Below are positions 1 to 8,791 of a DNA stretch of 26,652 bases, in pieces; the first letter of the stretch is position 1, and every line of letters begins with the position of its first letter. Both the position numbers and the translations under genes were made by a program. The notes under the pieces are model-generated. The model saw only the letters and a list, made by a program, of their open reading frames with translations, was not told where the DNA came from and ran no database searches. Source of the stretch: a virus; IMG/VR virus record IMGVR_UViG_3300021483_000005. One strand, 5' to 3'.

Positions 1-11
1 CGATTACTGGC

Positions 12-230
12 ATGGGAAATTTCAATTATGAAGTTGTATATAGAAAGCCTGCAGAAGAGCCGGAGATAGTAGATGAAAGTAAGATTGAAGATATAGTAAA
101 GAAAGTAATATCCAGTGGAAATATTCCGAAAGAAAATATATCTTTGTGGGTCAAAGAATATCTCAAAGTAGAAGGTCTGGAAGTTCCTGAAGCGGTTATA
201 GAATCGGTTGTTAATCGAGTAGTAGGATAA
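12..230 (+). CDS. Hypothetical protein, probably 5'-truncated by the window edge
   Basis: Frame is open from base 3 (ITG-MGNF...); stop overlaps the next start (TAATG). Confidence 0.6.
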   Translation: MGNFNYEVVYRKPAEEPEIVDESKIEDIVKKVISSGNIPKENISLWVKEYLKVEGLEVPEAVIESVVNRVVG

Positions 231-1099
231 TGGAATCGGAAGTTGTATGTGAAAATTGCGGGAAGAAATTAACCGAAAAAGTCATAAAATATCTCGAAGA
301 AAATCCTAAAGCCTTTGAGGGCAAGAAACTATGTTATAAATGCCAAACAGAATTTACAAAGAAGCGTTCAAAAGAAAGGAAGCTGGTAAAGAGATTCGGA
401 GAAAGTTTAATAGAAGGCAAGAAGAATCTTAAGAGTTTAGAAATAATGCGTAAACTGTTCGGAGAAGGTGATGTAGTACAGATATTTGGAGATACACGGT
501 CGGGCAAATCGAAGGTTGCAACCCAATTAGCAAAAGAAGCAATGATGGCAGGGGACACTCCATTATTCATCGACACAGAGCGGAATATTTCAGAAAAAGA
601 CAGGTTAATGCTTGGTGATAATTATGTTGTATGTTTAGACACGCTTGCATTGAAGGAACTTATCGATAATCTTGATGATAGTATAGATATAGTAATTTTG
701 GATTCTATTGGAATGCCTATACTAATCACGTTTGCAGAGATGTCGATGAAAGAACGAGGTGAAGCATTACTGTTAATGTCAGCCATATTTGGAAAACTCA
801 AGAAATGGTGCTTCAAAACTGGTGGATTTGCTATTGTTACTAACCAAATGAAATCAGAAATGAGCACTTCTGTACCATTCAAGAAAAAAGGTGATATTCC
901 CCCGTTTGGGGATAAAACTAAATATATCGCAAAAACGATACTCTTCATGGAAGCTAAAGAGAGAACGCCTGCTATGACTCATTCAGTGCTGAGTGCTTGG
1001 GGATGCCGTGATTTAGCTAGAGGCACAACAGTTGCTGACGTTTATATATCAAATGAAGGAACAAGGATAGAGTGGAATAAGAGTTTATTACAAGAATGA
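230..1099 (+). CDS. RecA/RadA/RadB-like ATPase with N-terminal zinc finger
   Basis: Walker A FGDTRSGKS, LFIDTERN, Walker B IVILDS, IVTNQ; N-terminal CENC...CYKC. Confidence 0.85.
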   Translation: MESEVVCENCGKKLTEKVIKYLEENPKAFEGKKLCYKCQTEFTKKRSKERKLVKRFGESLIEGKKNLKSLEIMRKLFGEGDVVQIFGDTRSGKSKVATQLAKEAMMAGDTPLFIDTERNISEKDRLMLGDNYVVCLDTLALKELIDNLDDSIDIVILDSIGMPILITFAEMSMKERGEALLLMSAIFGKLKKWCFKTGGFAIVTNQMKSEMSTSVPFKKKGDIPPFGDKTKYIAKTILFMEAKERTPAMTHSVLSAWGCRDLARGTTVADVYISNEGTRIEWNKSLLQE

Positions 1100-1347
1100 A
1101 AGAGAAGAAAAAAATTTCTTGTTTTCGGTGGTTATGTAGAATGTAGAGATGGAGATGTTCATTTTGTACTCCCCCTTATCGAGTTGCAGAACTATACGGT
1201 TTAAGTCCTCGTATGCCGAATGTTAGACTTGCTTACTTTGATGTTCCTGAAACCTATCTCCCTTACGATGACAGTTGGATAAGGTTATATCCTCGTTCAG
1301 ACGGTAATTATAAAAATATGCGGGAAGAAATGGATGAAGATGAATAA
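1096..1347 (+). pseudogene. Small viral protein interrupted by two compensating homopolymer frameshifts (or sequencing errors)
   Basis: ATG frame hits TAG at 1144. The +1 frame between the A7 run (1108-1114) and the C5 run (1171-1175) reads FLVFGGYVECRDGDVHFV with typical codon usage, then the original frame resumes PYRVAELYGL...LYPRSDGNY. Not in the ORF track. Confidence 0.55.
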
Positions 1348-1372
1348 CTACTCAGAGACTATATATAAGAAA

Positions 1373-1480
1373 CTGTATCAGACGCACATATTTAATGTTC
1401 ATGCGAATTTTTTCGTTTATTAGATATTTTACTATACCCTCTTAAAAACATTTCGTTAAAATACATTATTTTGCATCTGA
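1373..1480. repeat. Pseudo-palindromic intergenic element, copy 1 (most diverged)
   Basis: Arms 1378-1408 and 1450-1480 (inverted) with 41-bp spacer; tgtatcagacgcacatattt matches tgcatgagacgctcatattt of copy 3 at 17/20. Confidence 0.7.
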
Positions 1481-1486
1481 AGAAGA

Positions 1487-1846
1487 ATGGATATGAGCGA
1501 ACAACAAAACGCATCTATAGCACATGAAGAAGGACTAGATATTCAAATTCGCATTAATTTCAATGGCCGAGATGATTTTATCGAAATTCCGGCTGATGGA
1601 GAATGGCATTTAATTGGCTATTATGACGGAAACGTGGTATTCGATAGCGTTGAAGTCCATAACAGAGCTCTTAATGAAGATGAAATCAGTAGTGCTTTTA
1701 CAATATTTGGAAATTATGCAGATAGAGTTTTATCAAAAGAAGAGACGGAAATCATCCATAAACTTCTCACCGACCGCCCAGAAATAAAAAGTTGGCAAAT
1801 TAAAAATAATATTTTTTACTTAGAAATTGATGAAAATAGAGATTGA
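1487..1846 (+). CDS. Hypothetical protein with a LamG/concanavalin-like fragment
   Basis: DGEWHLIGYYDG...FDSVEVHNRALNEDEI resembles LamG_3 signature segments. Confidence 0.6.
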   Translation: MDMSEQQNASIAHEEGLDIQIRINFNGRDDFIEIPADGEWHLIGYYDGNVVFDSVEVHNRALNEDEISSAFTIFGNYADRVLSKEETEIIHKLLTDRPEIKSWQIKNNIFYLEIDENRD

Positions 1847-2258
1847 TACGCCTCAAGAATTAAAGGAGGCTGTAGAATCAAATAGTCAAAAAATTCGGAA
1901 ATTAGAAGCACACATCTATAAGTTAGAAAAAACAATAAAAAAATCAGAGATTGATATTGAAGACTTAGTTCGGGCGGAATTTAATTATCCTGATGCGTGG
2001 GACACCTCGATTTATCCTACTGTATGGCATGTTTTGTGGGAAGAGTATTCTTGGATAAGAAAAAAGAGTGCTCCGATGCCATCAGAGAAAGCAGAACACA
2101 TCGTTAAAGGTTACTTAGGTTCAAGATTTTGGAAGAATCCCGATGATTTCTTTGATAGTTATTGTATTCATGAATTGGGGCAAGCACTACGTCAGATTAG
2201 TATCAGATGCTTATCTGATATAGTACAGCAATGGATAAAATTAAAAGAAGAAAAATGA
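1827..2258 (+). CDS. Hypothetical protein, MKIExxTP coiled-coil N-terminus
   Basis: 143-aa ORF; N-terminus shared with 2560 and 2752. Confidence 0.75.
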   Translation: MMKIEIDTPQELKEAVESNSQKIRKLEAHIYKLEKTIKKSEIDIEDLVRAEFNYPDAWDTSIYPTVWHVLWEEYSWIRKKSAPMPSEKAEHIVKGYLGSRFWKNPDDFFDSYCIHELGQALRQISIRCLSDIVQQWIKLKEEK

Positions 2259-2555
2259 AAATACTTAAAGCAGCAAAAAAAAATTGAAGTTGTGAAATTA
2301 GAACAGTTGAAAGAAGGTGATGAGATACTCTGGTCAAATCTTCGATGTAAAGTAATAACTATAGATAGATTTAAACGCAAAGTATATTTCGCACCTCATT
2401 CAACATCTGATAAGCTATTTGAAGGATCTTATTTGTATTATTATAGACTAATTAGCGGGGAAGAACAAAATGTCTGCTGTGCTTGCGGAAGAGAAATAGA
2501 GGAAGGTGAAATCTGTGATAGCTGTAAAGATGAAATTAAGAATTTCTTGATGTAA
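2255..2555 (+). CDS. Small protein with C-terminal zinc finger; apparent +1 frameshift at A9 run
   Basis: ATG at 2255 overlaps the previous stop (ATGA). Removing one A from 2275-2283 joins MKILKAAKK to IEVVKLEQL (ORF 2292..2555). Ends CCACG...CDSC. Confidence 0.6.
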
Positions 2556-2559
2556 AAGA

Positions 2560-2751
2560 ATGAAAATAGAAGTAATAACTCCATTAGATTTAGAAGATTT
2601 CATAAAGCGATTAGAAAGTTTAGAAGAAGATAATAAGCTTCATGACGGACTGCTCCAAGATGCCTTTGAAAATATTGATCAGTTAAAGAAGCGCTTAAAT
2701 GAGTTAGAAAAGCAAATAAAAGTTGAAGAAGATGAATTAAATACCAAATAA
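2560..2751 (+). CDS. Coiled-coil protein (MKIEVITP family)
   Basis: 63 aa, heptad pattern, paralog of 2752. Confidence 0.75.
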   Translation: MKIEVITPLDLEDFIKRLESLEEDNKLHDGLLQDAFENIDQLKKRLNELEKQIKVEEDELNTK

Positions 2752-2964
2752 ATGAAGCAAATAGAAATTGTAACACCTGGAGAATTTGATGATTTAAGAG
2801 ATGATGTATTGCGTAATGAAGGAGAAATAGATTCATGTATTCAGGAGCTTCAGGATTTGGTAATACGTGTAGATAAATTAGAAAAACGAATAGAAACGTT
2901 GGAACAAATTTTAAATAATATAAAAGAAGTAATGAATAATCAAGTTATGGAGAAAAGCAAATAA
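2752..2964 (+). CDS. Coiled-coil protein (MKQIEIVTP family)
   Basis: 70 aa, heptad pattern, paralog of 2560. Confidence 0.75.
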   Translation: MKQIEIVTPGEFDDLRDDVLRNEGEIDSCIQELQDLVIRVDKLEKRIETLEQILNNIKEVMNNQVMEKSK

Positions 2965-2965
2965 A

Positions 2966-3334
2966 ATGAAGAAAAATAAACAAGAATCGAAGAGTGTTAG
3001 AATTGATTTGGATGAAGAGTGGAAATTAGGTAGTGACTCTATGCAGTGGATTCTTTATAAGAAAGCTAAGGGCAAAGAAGATGAAATTTTAGATGAAGAA
3101 ATAGAATCAAAATCAACTTGGAAGAAAGAATTTGTACCAACTGGATATTTTACATCATTAGAAAATGCTTTAAAGGCGTATATTGATGCAAAATTGAGAA
3201 ATTCTGCTGCTAAATCAGTAAAAGAACTCTATGATTATCAACAAAATATTCTTTGGAGTTTAAATGAAGTCCTAAAGCCTTTTGAGATAGTAATCGGGAA
3301 TAATGCAAACAGTAATAGAAATGATGTAGATTAA
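2966..3334 (+). CDS. Conserved-looking viral protein (DUF5405-like)
   Basis: SDSMQWIL...GYFTSLENAL pattern recalled from phage proteins; the family label is tentative. Confidence 0.6.
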   Translation: MKKNKQESKSVRIDLDEEWKLGSDSMQWILYKKAKGKEDEILDEEIESKSTWKKEFVPTGYFTSLENALKAYIDAKLRNSAAKSVKELYDYQQNILWSLNEVLKPFEIVIGNNANSNRNDVD

Positions 3335-3347
3335 TATCAAAAAAAAA

Positions 3348-3752
3348 ATGTATTCGAGTCATCTTGAAGATATTGTTGTTTCTTTAGCACTTGCAAGAAA
3401 ACTAAAAGAATTGAATATAAAGTATCCTACTCCTTTTTATTGGCGTGTATGGGATGATGGATATAGTGATTGCGTAATAGGTGAATACGATTATGAAAAA
3501 CATCGTTCCAGAATTAAAGAAAGGGTGTCTACCTATACAAGTACTCAACTGATTGAAAAAATGCCACATTCTATCACATTCTTAGGAGATTATTTTTATT
3601 TTTCTATTTCGAAAAATGCAAGTGGTTATGAAGTATCTTATAAGTCAGAAATCGGTGAAGTCGGTCGACGTGATCGAAGACTTGAAGACGCACTTGCTGG
3701 AATGCACCTTTGGTTATTTGAGGCGAATATTGAGGTAGGTATTATCAAATAA
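3348..3752 (+). CDS. Hypothetical viral protein
   Basis: 134-aa ORF; VVSLALARKLKEL...FYW...YTSTQLIEKMP pattern typical of a phage family of unknown function. Confidence 0.75.
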   Translation: MYSSHLEDIVVSLALARKLKELNIKYPTPFYWRVWDDGYSDCVIGEYDYEKHRSRIKERVSTYTSTQLIEKMPHSITFLGDYFYFSISKNASGYEVSYKSEIGEVGRRDRRLEDALAGMHLWLFEANIEVGIIK

Positions 3753-3757
3753 AAAAA

Positions 3758-3952
3758 ATGTTTTGGAGTGAAGAGGAAATAGAAATATTAAAATCCTTAT
3801 GGAAGAAACCTGATATTACTGCAAAGATTATTAAAGAACGACACTTGCCTCATCGCACTATCAATGCCATACAGAAGAAAGCAAGTTCACTTGGATTAAC
3901 AAAAGAAAAAATAAAAATAGATTATGAAAAAGTAAATGAGATTATTATATGA
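3758..3952 (+). CDS. SANT/Myb-like helix-turn-helix protein
   Basis: WSEEEIEILKSLW...HRTINAIQKKASSLGL; coupled (ATGA) to the phosphoesterase. Confidence 0.65.
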   Translation: MFWSEEEIEILKSLWKKPDITAKIIKERHLPHRTINAIQKKASSLGLTKEKIKIDYEKVNEIII

Positions 3953-4728
3953 GAAATATTCTTTTATTAGGAGATTTGCATTGCGGTAGTACAGAAGGAT
4001 TATGGCATCCAGATTTTGTTACAAGAGAGGGTCAAAAGATAAAGTTATCTCCACTGCAGGAAGAATTATACGAAAAGTGGCTTCTTTTACAAGAAAAATT
4101 ACCAGATTATGAAGCAGTATTTTTGTTAGGTGATATTACTCATGGATTAGGTTCTAAAGAATTTGGTAAAGATGTAATTGATTGTGATTTACATGATCAA
4201 TTGCAGTGTGCAATTAAACTACTAAAACCAGTAACCAAAGGAAAGAAAGTAGTAGTAATTACAGGTAGTCGCTATCATTCTTCCATTGATTATGATATAG
4301 ATAGAGGCTTAGCAGAGGTTCTACATGCCAAATTTGGTGGTGCTATAAGTAATATTCGATTGAAAGGTACAGACGTTGTAATTAATATTGCACATGGTAT
4401 AGGCTCAAGACCTATTTATACAGGCACTCGCATGAATCAGGATGTGTTCAATGCTATCCTAACTGAACATCTATTGAAGATGCCTGAAGTTTCTGTGATT
4501 ATACGTGCACATTTCCATATTTTTAGTTATTTTGCAATTTACGGTAAACATTTTATTTATATTCCAGGATGGAATGCAATCAGAAAAGGTAGATTCATCA
4601 CTCGATGGTATTTTAGACAACCAGATATAGGTGCTGTCCTTTTGAGTATAGATAATGATAATAATGTATATGTAAAACCTTATCTTTTCAAGCTAAAAAG
4701 TGAACGTAAAAATATTTATGTATTATAA
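3949..4728 (+). CDS. Calcineurin-like metallophosphoesterase
   Basis: GDLHCG, LGDITHG, GSRYH, IAHG, RAHFH metal-binding motifs in order. Confidence 0.85.
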   Translation: MRNILLLGDLHCGSTEGLWHPDFVTREGQKIKLSPLQEELYEKWLLLQEKLPDYEAVFLLGDITHGLGSKEFGKDVIDCDLHDQLQCAIKLLKPVTKGKKVVVITGSRYHSSIDYDIDRGLAEVLHAKFGGAISNIRLKGTDVVINIAHGIGSRPIYTGTRMNQDVFNAILTEHLLKMPEVSVIIRAHFHIFSYFAIYGKHFIYIPGWNAIRKGRFITRWYFRQPDIGAVLLSIDNDNNVYVKPYLFKLKSERKNIYVL

Positions 4729-4733
4729 GAAAA

Positions 4734-5243
4734 ATGGAAGATAAAGATATTCAGGTTTTGGTATTTCATAGAGATAAGGACGATAAGAACTGGATATCAA
4801 GACTCGCTAATGGAAAGATAGCTATATTGCACCGAGCTGATCCTACTACTCCACAACCTAATGTTCCCTACCTTTGTAAGGTAGATGAAAAAGAAAAATA
4901 TGCAATAGCTTGGATTCAAAGTTTACATGCTTATCCACGTGTGATTATTACTCCACCGCCAAGACGTTTTGTGTATATAGGAGCGCCTGGTGAAAAGCCT
5001 GCAATTCATACAGATATACTCAGCATCTTTGATACTCATGGTTTAGAGTATCTATATGTTAAATATCCACAAGAAAATCGCGAAGAAGTTAAAGTTCCTT
5101 CGACAGATTATCGGGAAGTAGATATAGATTTAAGAATTAAAATAGGTAGCGAGAGTACAATCAAGTATTCGTGTACAATAAAAAGACCTCGTAATATGGA
5201 TGCTAAAACAATATTGGATGAAATTAAGAGCAAGATTGAATAG
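4734..5243 (+). CDS. Hypothetical protein
   Basis: 169-aa ORF tiling the operon. Confidence 0.75.
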   Translation: MEDKDIQVLVFHRDKDDKNWISRLANGKIAILHRADPTTPQPNVPYLCKVDEKEKYAIAWIQSLHAYPRVIITPPPRRFVYIGAPGEKPAIHTDILSIFDTHGLEYLYVKYPQENREEVKVPSTDYREVDIDLRIKIGSESTIKYSCTIKRPRNMDAKTILDEIKSKIE

Positions 5244-5247
5244 ACTA

Positions 5248-5496
5248 ATGAGGTTCAGAGATAATAAGAAGGATGAAATCATGAAAGAAATTTTAAAACT
5301 TATTCGTGAACGTAAAGAACTACGCCAAAATTTAGAAGAATTGCAATTACAAATGAAAGATATAAAAGACGAAGCTGAAGATGTTTACGAGGAAATCAAG
5401 AAGATAGAGAGTGCAATGGAATTAAATGAACGAAAGGTAAATGAATTAGTAGAGACTATCGAAAAGGAATGTGATATTGAGAATTTATATAGATGA
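5248..5496 (+). CDS. Coiled-coil protein, paralog of 5493..5816
   Basis: Start moved from 5200 to ATG 5248 (after upstream stop); IRERKEL...NERKVNELVE...DIENLY. Confidence 0.7.
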   Translation: MRFRDNKKDEIMKEILKLIRERKELRQNLEELQLQMKDIKDEAEDVYEEIKKIESAMELNERKVNELVETIEKECDIENLYR

Positions 5497-5816
5497 AAAC
5501 GAATATGAATGAAAAAAAAAAATGGGTTCAAAAAAAAAAAAGGTTGAGTGATGAGTTTAAAGAAAAGATTGAGGATATCATCTGGGAACGAGTGGAATTA
5601 CTTAAAGATTTAAGAGATAATGAGATGCTGATAAATAGCACAATAAAAGAACTTCAAAGGTATTGTAAAGATTATAGAAAAACGAAGAAAGAATTGGAGT
5701 CAAATGAAAGAAGCCTCATGGAATTGATAGAGAGTCTTGATGATGATCTCGATATTAAGTCTATTTATAAAGATCCAATACCAAATCCCCTCTCAGACTT
5801 AACCGATATATGGTAG
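5493..5816 (+). CDS. Coiled-coil protein, paralog of 5248..5496
   Basis: IWERVEL...NERSLMELIE...DIKSIY. Confidence 0.7.
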   Translation: MKTNMNEKKKWVQKKKRLSDEFKEKIEDIIWERVELLKDLRDNEMLINSTIKELQRYCKDYRKTKKELESNERSLMELIESLDDDLDIKSIYKDPIPNPLSDLTDIW

Positions 5817-5912
5817 AAAAGATAATAAATAAAATTGAGAATAAATTAGATAGTGCATTTAAGACTCTAAATGATATAAATAACAAAATAAAACAAATTA
5901 AGGAGGACATGG

Positions 5913-6107
5913 ATGACTCAGGAATTCCAAATAACAGGAACAAGATCACTAAATGAAGATATCTACATAAGAATCTCGCCAATGCTTTTCAGTTATCAGC
6001 ATAATTCAGTCTTCATGAGAGAAGCACAATTGCTTGCTAACATCCTGCGCAAATACCTACCAGCTCGTACTTATAATTATTTAAAAGATATTATGGTTAA
6101 GGAATGA
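5913..6107 (+). CDS. Hypothetical protein
   Basis: 64 aa, GGAGG ribosome-binding site just upstream. Confidence 0.65.
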   Translation: MTQEFQITGTRSLNEDIYIRISPMLFSYQHNSVFMREAQLLANILRKYLPARTYNYLKDIMVKE

Positions 6108-6271
6108 CTTGGAAATATTTTCCATTTAAATATCTCGGAAAAATTATTACTATCCTTGGAATAGTTTTAATGCTAAAATACTGGGATACTGAATTTCCAT
6201 TGTTTCTTGCTTGGATATTCATAATATTTGGAGTGGGTTTAGTAGAAATCAAAGAACTTTGGTATGAATAA
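6104..6271 (+). CDS. Small two-TM membrane protein
   Basis: Read by hand: MTWKYFPFKYLGKIITILGIVLMLKYWDTEFPLFLAWIFIIFGVGLVEIKELWYE; fills the gap exactly (ATGA overlap, next ATG at 6272). Confidence 0.7.
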   Translation: MTWKYFPFKYLGKIITILGIVLMLKYWDTEFPLFLAWIFIIFGVGLVEIKELWYE

Positions 6272-6523
6272 ATGTCATGGTTATGGCTGCATGTAAAACA
6301 CAAATGTCCTTTTTGTAATACTGAAAATCATCTATTGAAGTATTATGTTGTTTCTGATGAGAGTAGTTTCATAGATGTTGGAGAGTATGTACCAAATAAT
6401 TTAGATAGCAATATTGGATTCGTTACAGTAGTTGGACATTGTGAGAGTTGTGAAGGAGATTATCAATGTAAAATTGGAATCAGAAAATCAAGGCTGACGA
6501 ATATTATTATTTACGAGGAGTAA
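6272..6523 (+). CDS. Zinc-finger protein
   Basis: CPFC...CESC. Confidence 0.7.
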   Translation: MSWLWLHVKHKCPFCNTENHLLKYYVVSDESSFIDVGEYVPNNLDSNIGFVTVVGHCESCEGDYQCKIGIRKSRLTNIIIYEE

Positions 6524-6524
6524 T

Positions 6525-6728
6525 ATGCAAGAAATCCTTAAATTTAAAGGAAAAGAAAATACCGATATTTCAGTAATGGCTACTGATCAATTGATTGAGC
6601 TGATTCTAGACGAAAGATCATTAAACGATATTAGTGTTATATTTTTATATTGGAATGAATGGGATAAGATAGCAGATTTTTTAAAGAAAGTGAGGCGTAA
6701 GAGAAATGCTAAAATTCATAATTTATAA
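6525..6728 (+). CDS. Hypothetical protein
   Basis: 67-aa ORF in operon tiling. Confidence 0.6.
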   Translation: MQEILKFKGKENTDISVMATDQLIELILDERSLNDISVIFLYWNEWDKIADFLKKVRRKRNAKIHNL

Positions 6729-6900
6729 AAACGAAGATGAGTATATATTGATTATAGAGTATGAAGATAGAGCCGAGAGACTTATAGCAAAAGACACCAG
6801 AAGTTTGATTCAAGTAATGGCTGATACCACATTATATAATTTCGAAGGTAAGAGTAAATATTTTGAGCAGTCTCATCAAGCGAAGATAGAAATAATATAG
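6706..6900 (+). CDS. Hypothetical protein
   Basis: 64-aa ORF in operon tiling. Confidence 0.6.
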   Translation: MLKFIIYKNEDEYILIIEYEDRAERLIAKDTRSLIQVMADTTLYNFEGKSKYFEQSHQAKIEII

Positions 6901-6904
6901 ATAT

Positions 6905-7288
6905 ATGAAGTTAGGATTTTCGGACTCTAAAATAAAAATGACTGAATATGATTATCCTCTATGTAATTTATGCGGTAGGACTGCTCATTGTTTAGTGTTG
7001 TTTCATGATAATAAAAACAATAAAACTTATGCAACAACTCGTTGTCCTGAATGTGTGGATAAACCAGAACCGCAATTGAATAATAAAGTTCCCTATAATG
7101 ATATACCATTGTGGTATGGCTCTTACGCCTTTCCTGAAGTTAAAGTAGATAGCGTGGACTCTCCATATATGTTAACTCGTGCAGAAGTTCGATCGCGTCT
7201 TACTCCAAATGTAGTTCTCTTACGTAATCCATTTGAAAACAAGGGTCATTTGAAAGATGATGAAAAAAGAAGTAGAAGTCCTGAATAA
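6905..7288 (+). CDS. Hypothetical zinc-binding protein
   Basis: CNLC...CPEC. Confidence 0.65.
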   Translation: MKLGFSDSKIKMTEYDYPLCNLCGRTAHCLVLFHDNKNNKTYATTRCPECVDKPEPQLNNKVPYNDIPLWYGSYAFPEVKVDSVDSPYMLTRAEVRSRLTPNVVLLRNPFENKGHLKDDEKRSRSPE

Positions 7289-7940
7289 TGAGAATAAAAT
7301 TATTTATATAGATTCACGTGAACAAAATAAAGATGTACAGCATCTGTTCAATTGGCAATCTGATTTTCCAGTAGAAATTAAAAAATTAGAGTTAGGGGAT
7401 ATAGTTTTTGATGGTTGCTTAATAGAACGAAAGACCTTTAATGATTTCGCTCAGAGCATCAGGAAAGAAGATTTTTGGAATAAGTTATATCAAGCAAAAG
7501 AAGCTTATTCTAATGGAGTTTTTGTGTGGATTGATACTAATGAATATGAGAAACTAAAAGAACTTAAATATAGTCGTAATCCAAAGCTATTAGTGAATTC
7601 GATACTAGGAGCAAAAGCAGCATTAGATGCTAATGGAATTATATGGAGAGAATTTGATAAAGCAGAGGCATCTGAATATTTCTATACTTATTTCAAACGA
7701 TTAACAGACACTCATAACTATACTCCCAAGCCTGTAGTAAAAAAGAAAAATAAATCATGGACTGAGCTTAGGATTCAAACGCTTATGAGTGTACCAGGGA
7801 TAGGATATAATACAGCTGTTAAATTACTTTCATTATACAAGACAATTGAAAAAATCATAGAAATTTCAAAAGATTCTAATTCTAAAATTATGCAAAATGT
7901 TAAGAGGATTTTTGTAGAAAATGAACAAAGAAATAATTGA
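7257..7940 (+). CDS. ERCC4/XPF-family nuclease with C-terminal HhH
   Basis: IYIDSREQ, LELGDI, LIERKTFNDFAQSI (GDxnERKx motif) and VPGIGYNTAVKLL HhH. Confidence 0.9.
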   Translation: MMKKEVEVLNNENKIIYIDSREQNKDVQHLFNWQSDFPVEIKKLELGDIVFDGCLIERKTFNDFAQSIRKEDFWNKLYQAKEAYSNGVFVWIDTNEYEKLKELKYSRNPKLLVNSILGAKAALDANGIIWREFDKAEASEYFYTYFKRLTDTHNYTPKPVVKKKNKSWTELRIQTLMSVPGIGYNTAVKLLSLYKTIEKIIEISKDSNSKIMQNVKRIFVENEQRNN

Positions 7941-8511
7941 TTGGGAACGGAAAGGGAATTTAGTTAAGTTCTATCTCGGTAAAAATGGAGAACAATGGGG
8001 TGATGATTGGGATGATGTTCCTTGGGAGCACAATGCAGGTCGGGTCTATGATAAGTATATTGAAGGATATAAAACCATTGCTTTTCCCTTCGAATATAAT
8101 ATTTACGAACCCCGGCATTCTTGTTCTAAAAGAGACTTAATTAATAGGATTGTACCGTGTTTAGTTGCGTCAAGAAGGCATTTTATTAACTTTCAAGATG
8201 CATGGGAAGATAAAGACGCTATAAAATTTTATTTTGGAGATAGAGTACATGCAGAACAAGGTGTAGTAATTGAAGAGGAATATCCTGAAGTCACAGCTCC
8301 CGAATTGGGATTAGATATTGATTATAAAACATTTAGAAAAGGAAATCATAAATATTTAGAATTAAATGACTATATCTCTGGTTTAATAATACATTATCAT
8401 TTAGCTATTCAGAAAAAAATTATCACTGCTCTCTCAGATCACCAGCTTAAGCGATTAATTAAACTATGCACTCACGAACTTCAACAAAGAAAAAAAATCC
8501 GAAAATTTTAG
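7921..8511 (+). CDS. Hypothetical viral protein
   Basis: WGDDWDDVPWEHNAG motif typical of an uncharacterised phage family. Confidence 0.75.
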   Translation: MNKEIIDWERKGNLVKFYLGKNGEQWGDDWDDVPWEHNAGRVYDKYIEGYKTIAFPFEYNIYEPRHSCSKRDLINRIVPCLVASRRHFINFQDAWEDKDAIKFYFGDRVHAEQGVVIEEEYPEVTAPELGLDIDYKTFRKGNHKYLELNDYISGLIIHYHLAIQKKIITALSDHQLKRLIKLCTHELQQRKKIRKF

Positions 8512-8536
8512 GAACGCATGCTTATTAGAATTAAGA

Positions 8537-8791
8537 ATGAGTGATTTTAAAATAAAGGTAGAAGAAGACACATTCTGGAAAGAAATAAAGAAAGAAAGAA
8601 TTATAGGTAATATTTGCTGTCCAATATGCAAAACTATCCTGATACTTATTCCAGCAGTAGATTTATCAATCGCATACTGTCCAAATTGTAGAAAATATTT
8701 TGAACTTATGAAGAAGTGTAAAAGATGTGGAATAGAATATAGTGTTAATGAAATACATTTCTGTAGTAGTTTGCTTACTAATGAAATTTAA
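8537..8791 (+). CDS. Zinc-finger protein
   Basis: CPIC...CPNC...CKRC. Confidence 0.7.
   Translation: MSDFKIKVEEDTFWKEIKKERIIGNICCPICKTILILIPAVDLSIAYCPNCRKYFELMKKCKRCGIEYSVNEIHFCSSLLTNEI

Noticed and set aside
5810-5956. 48-aa coiled-coil-like ORF MVEKIINKIENKLDSAF...
   Set aside because: It plausibly fills a gap but overlaps 5913..6107 by 44 nt and has no other support; left unannotated.
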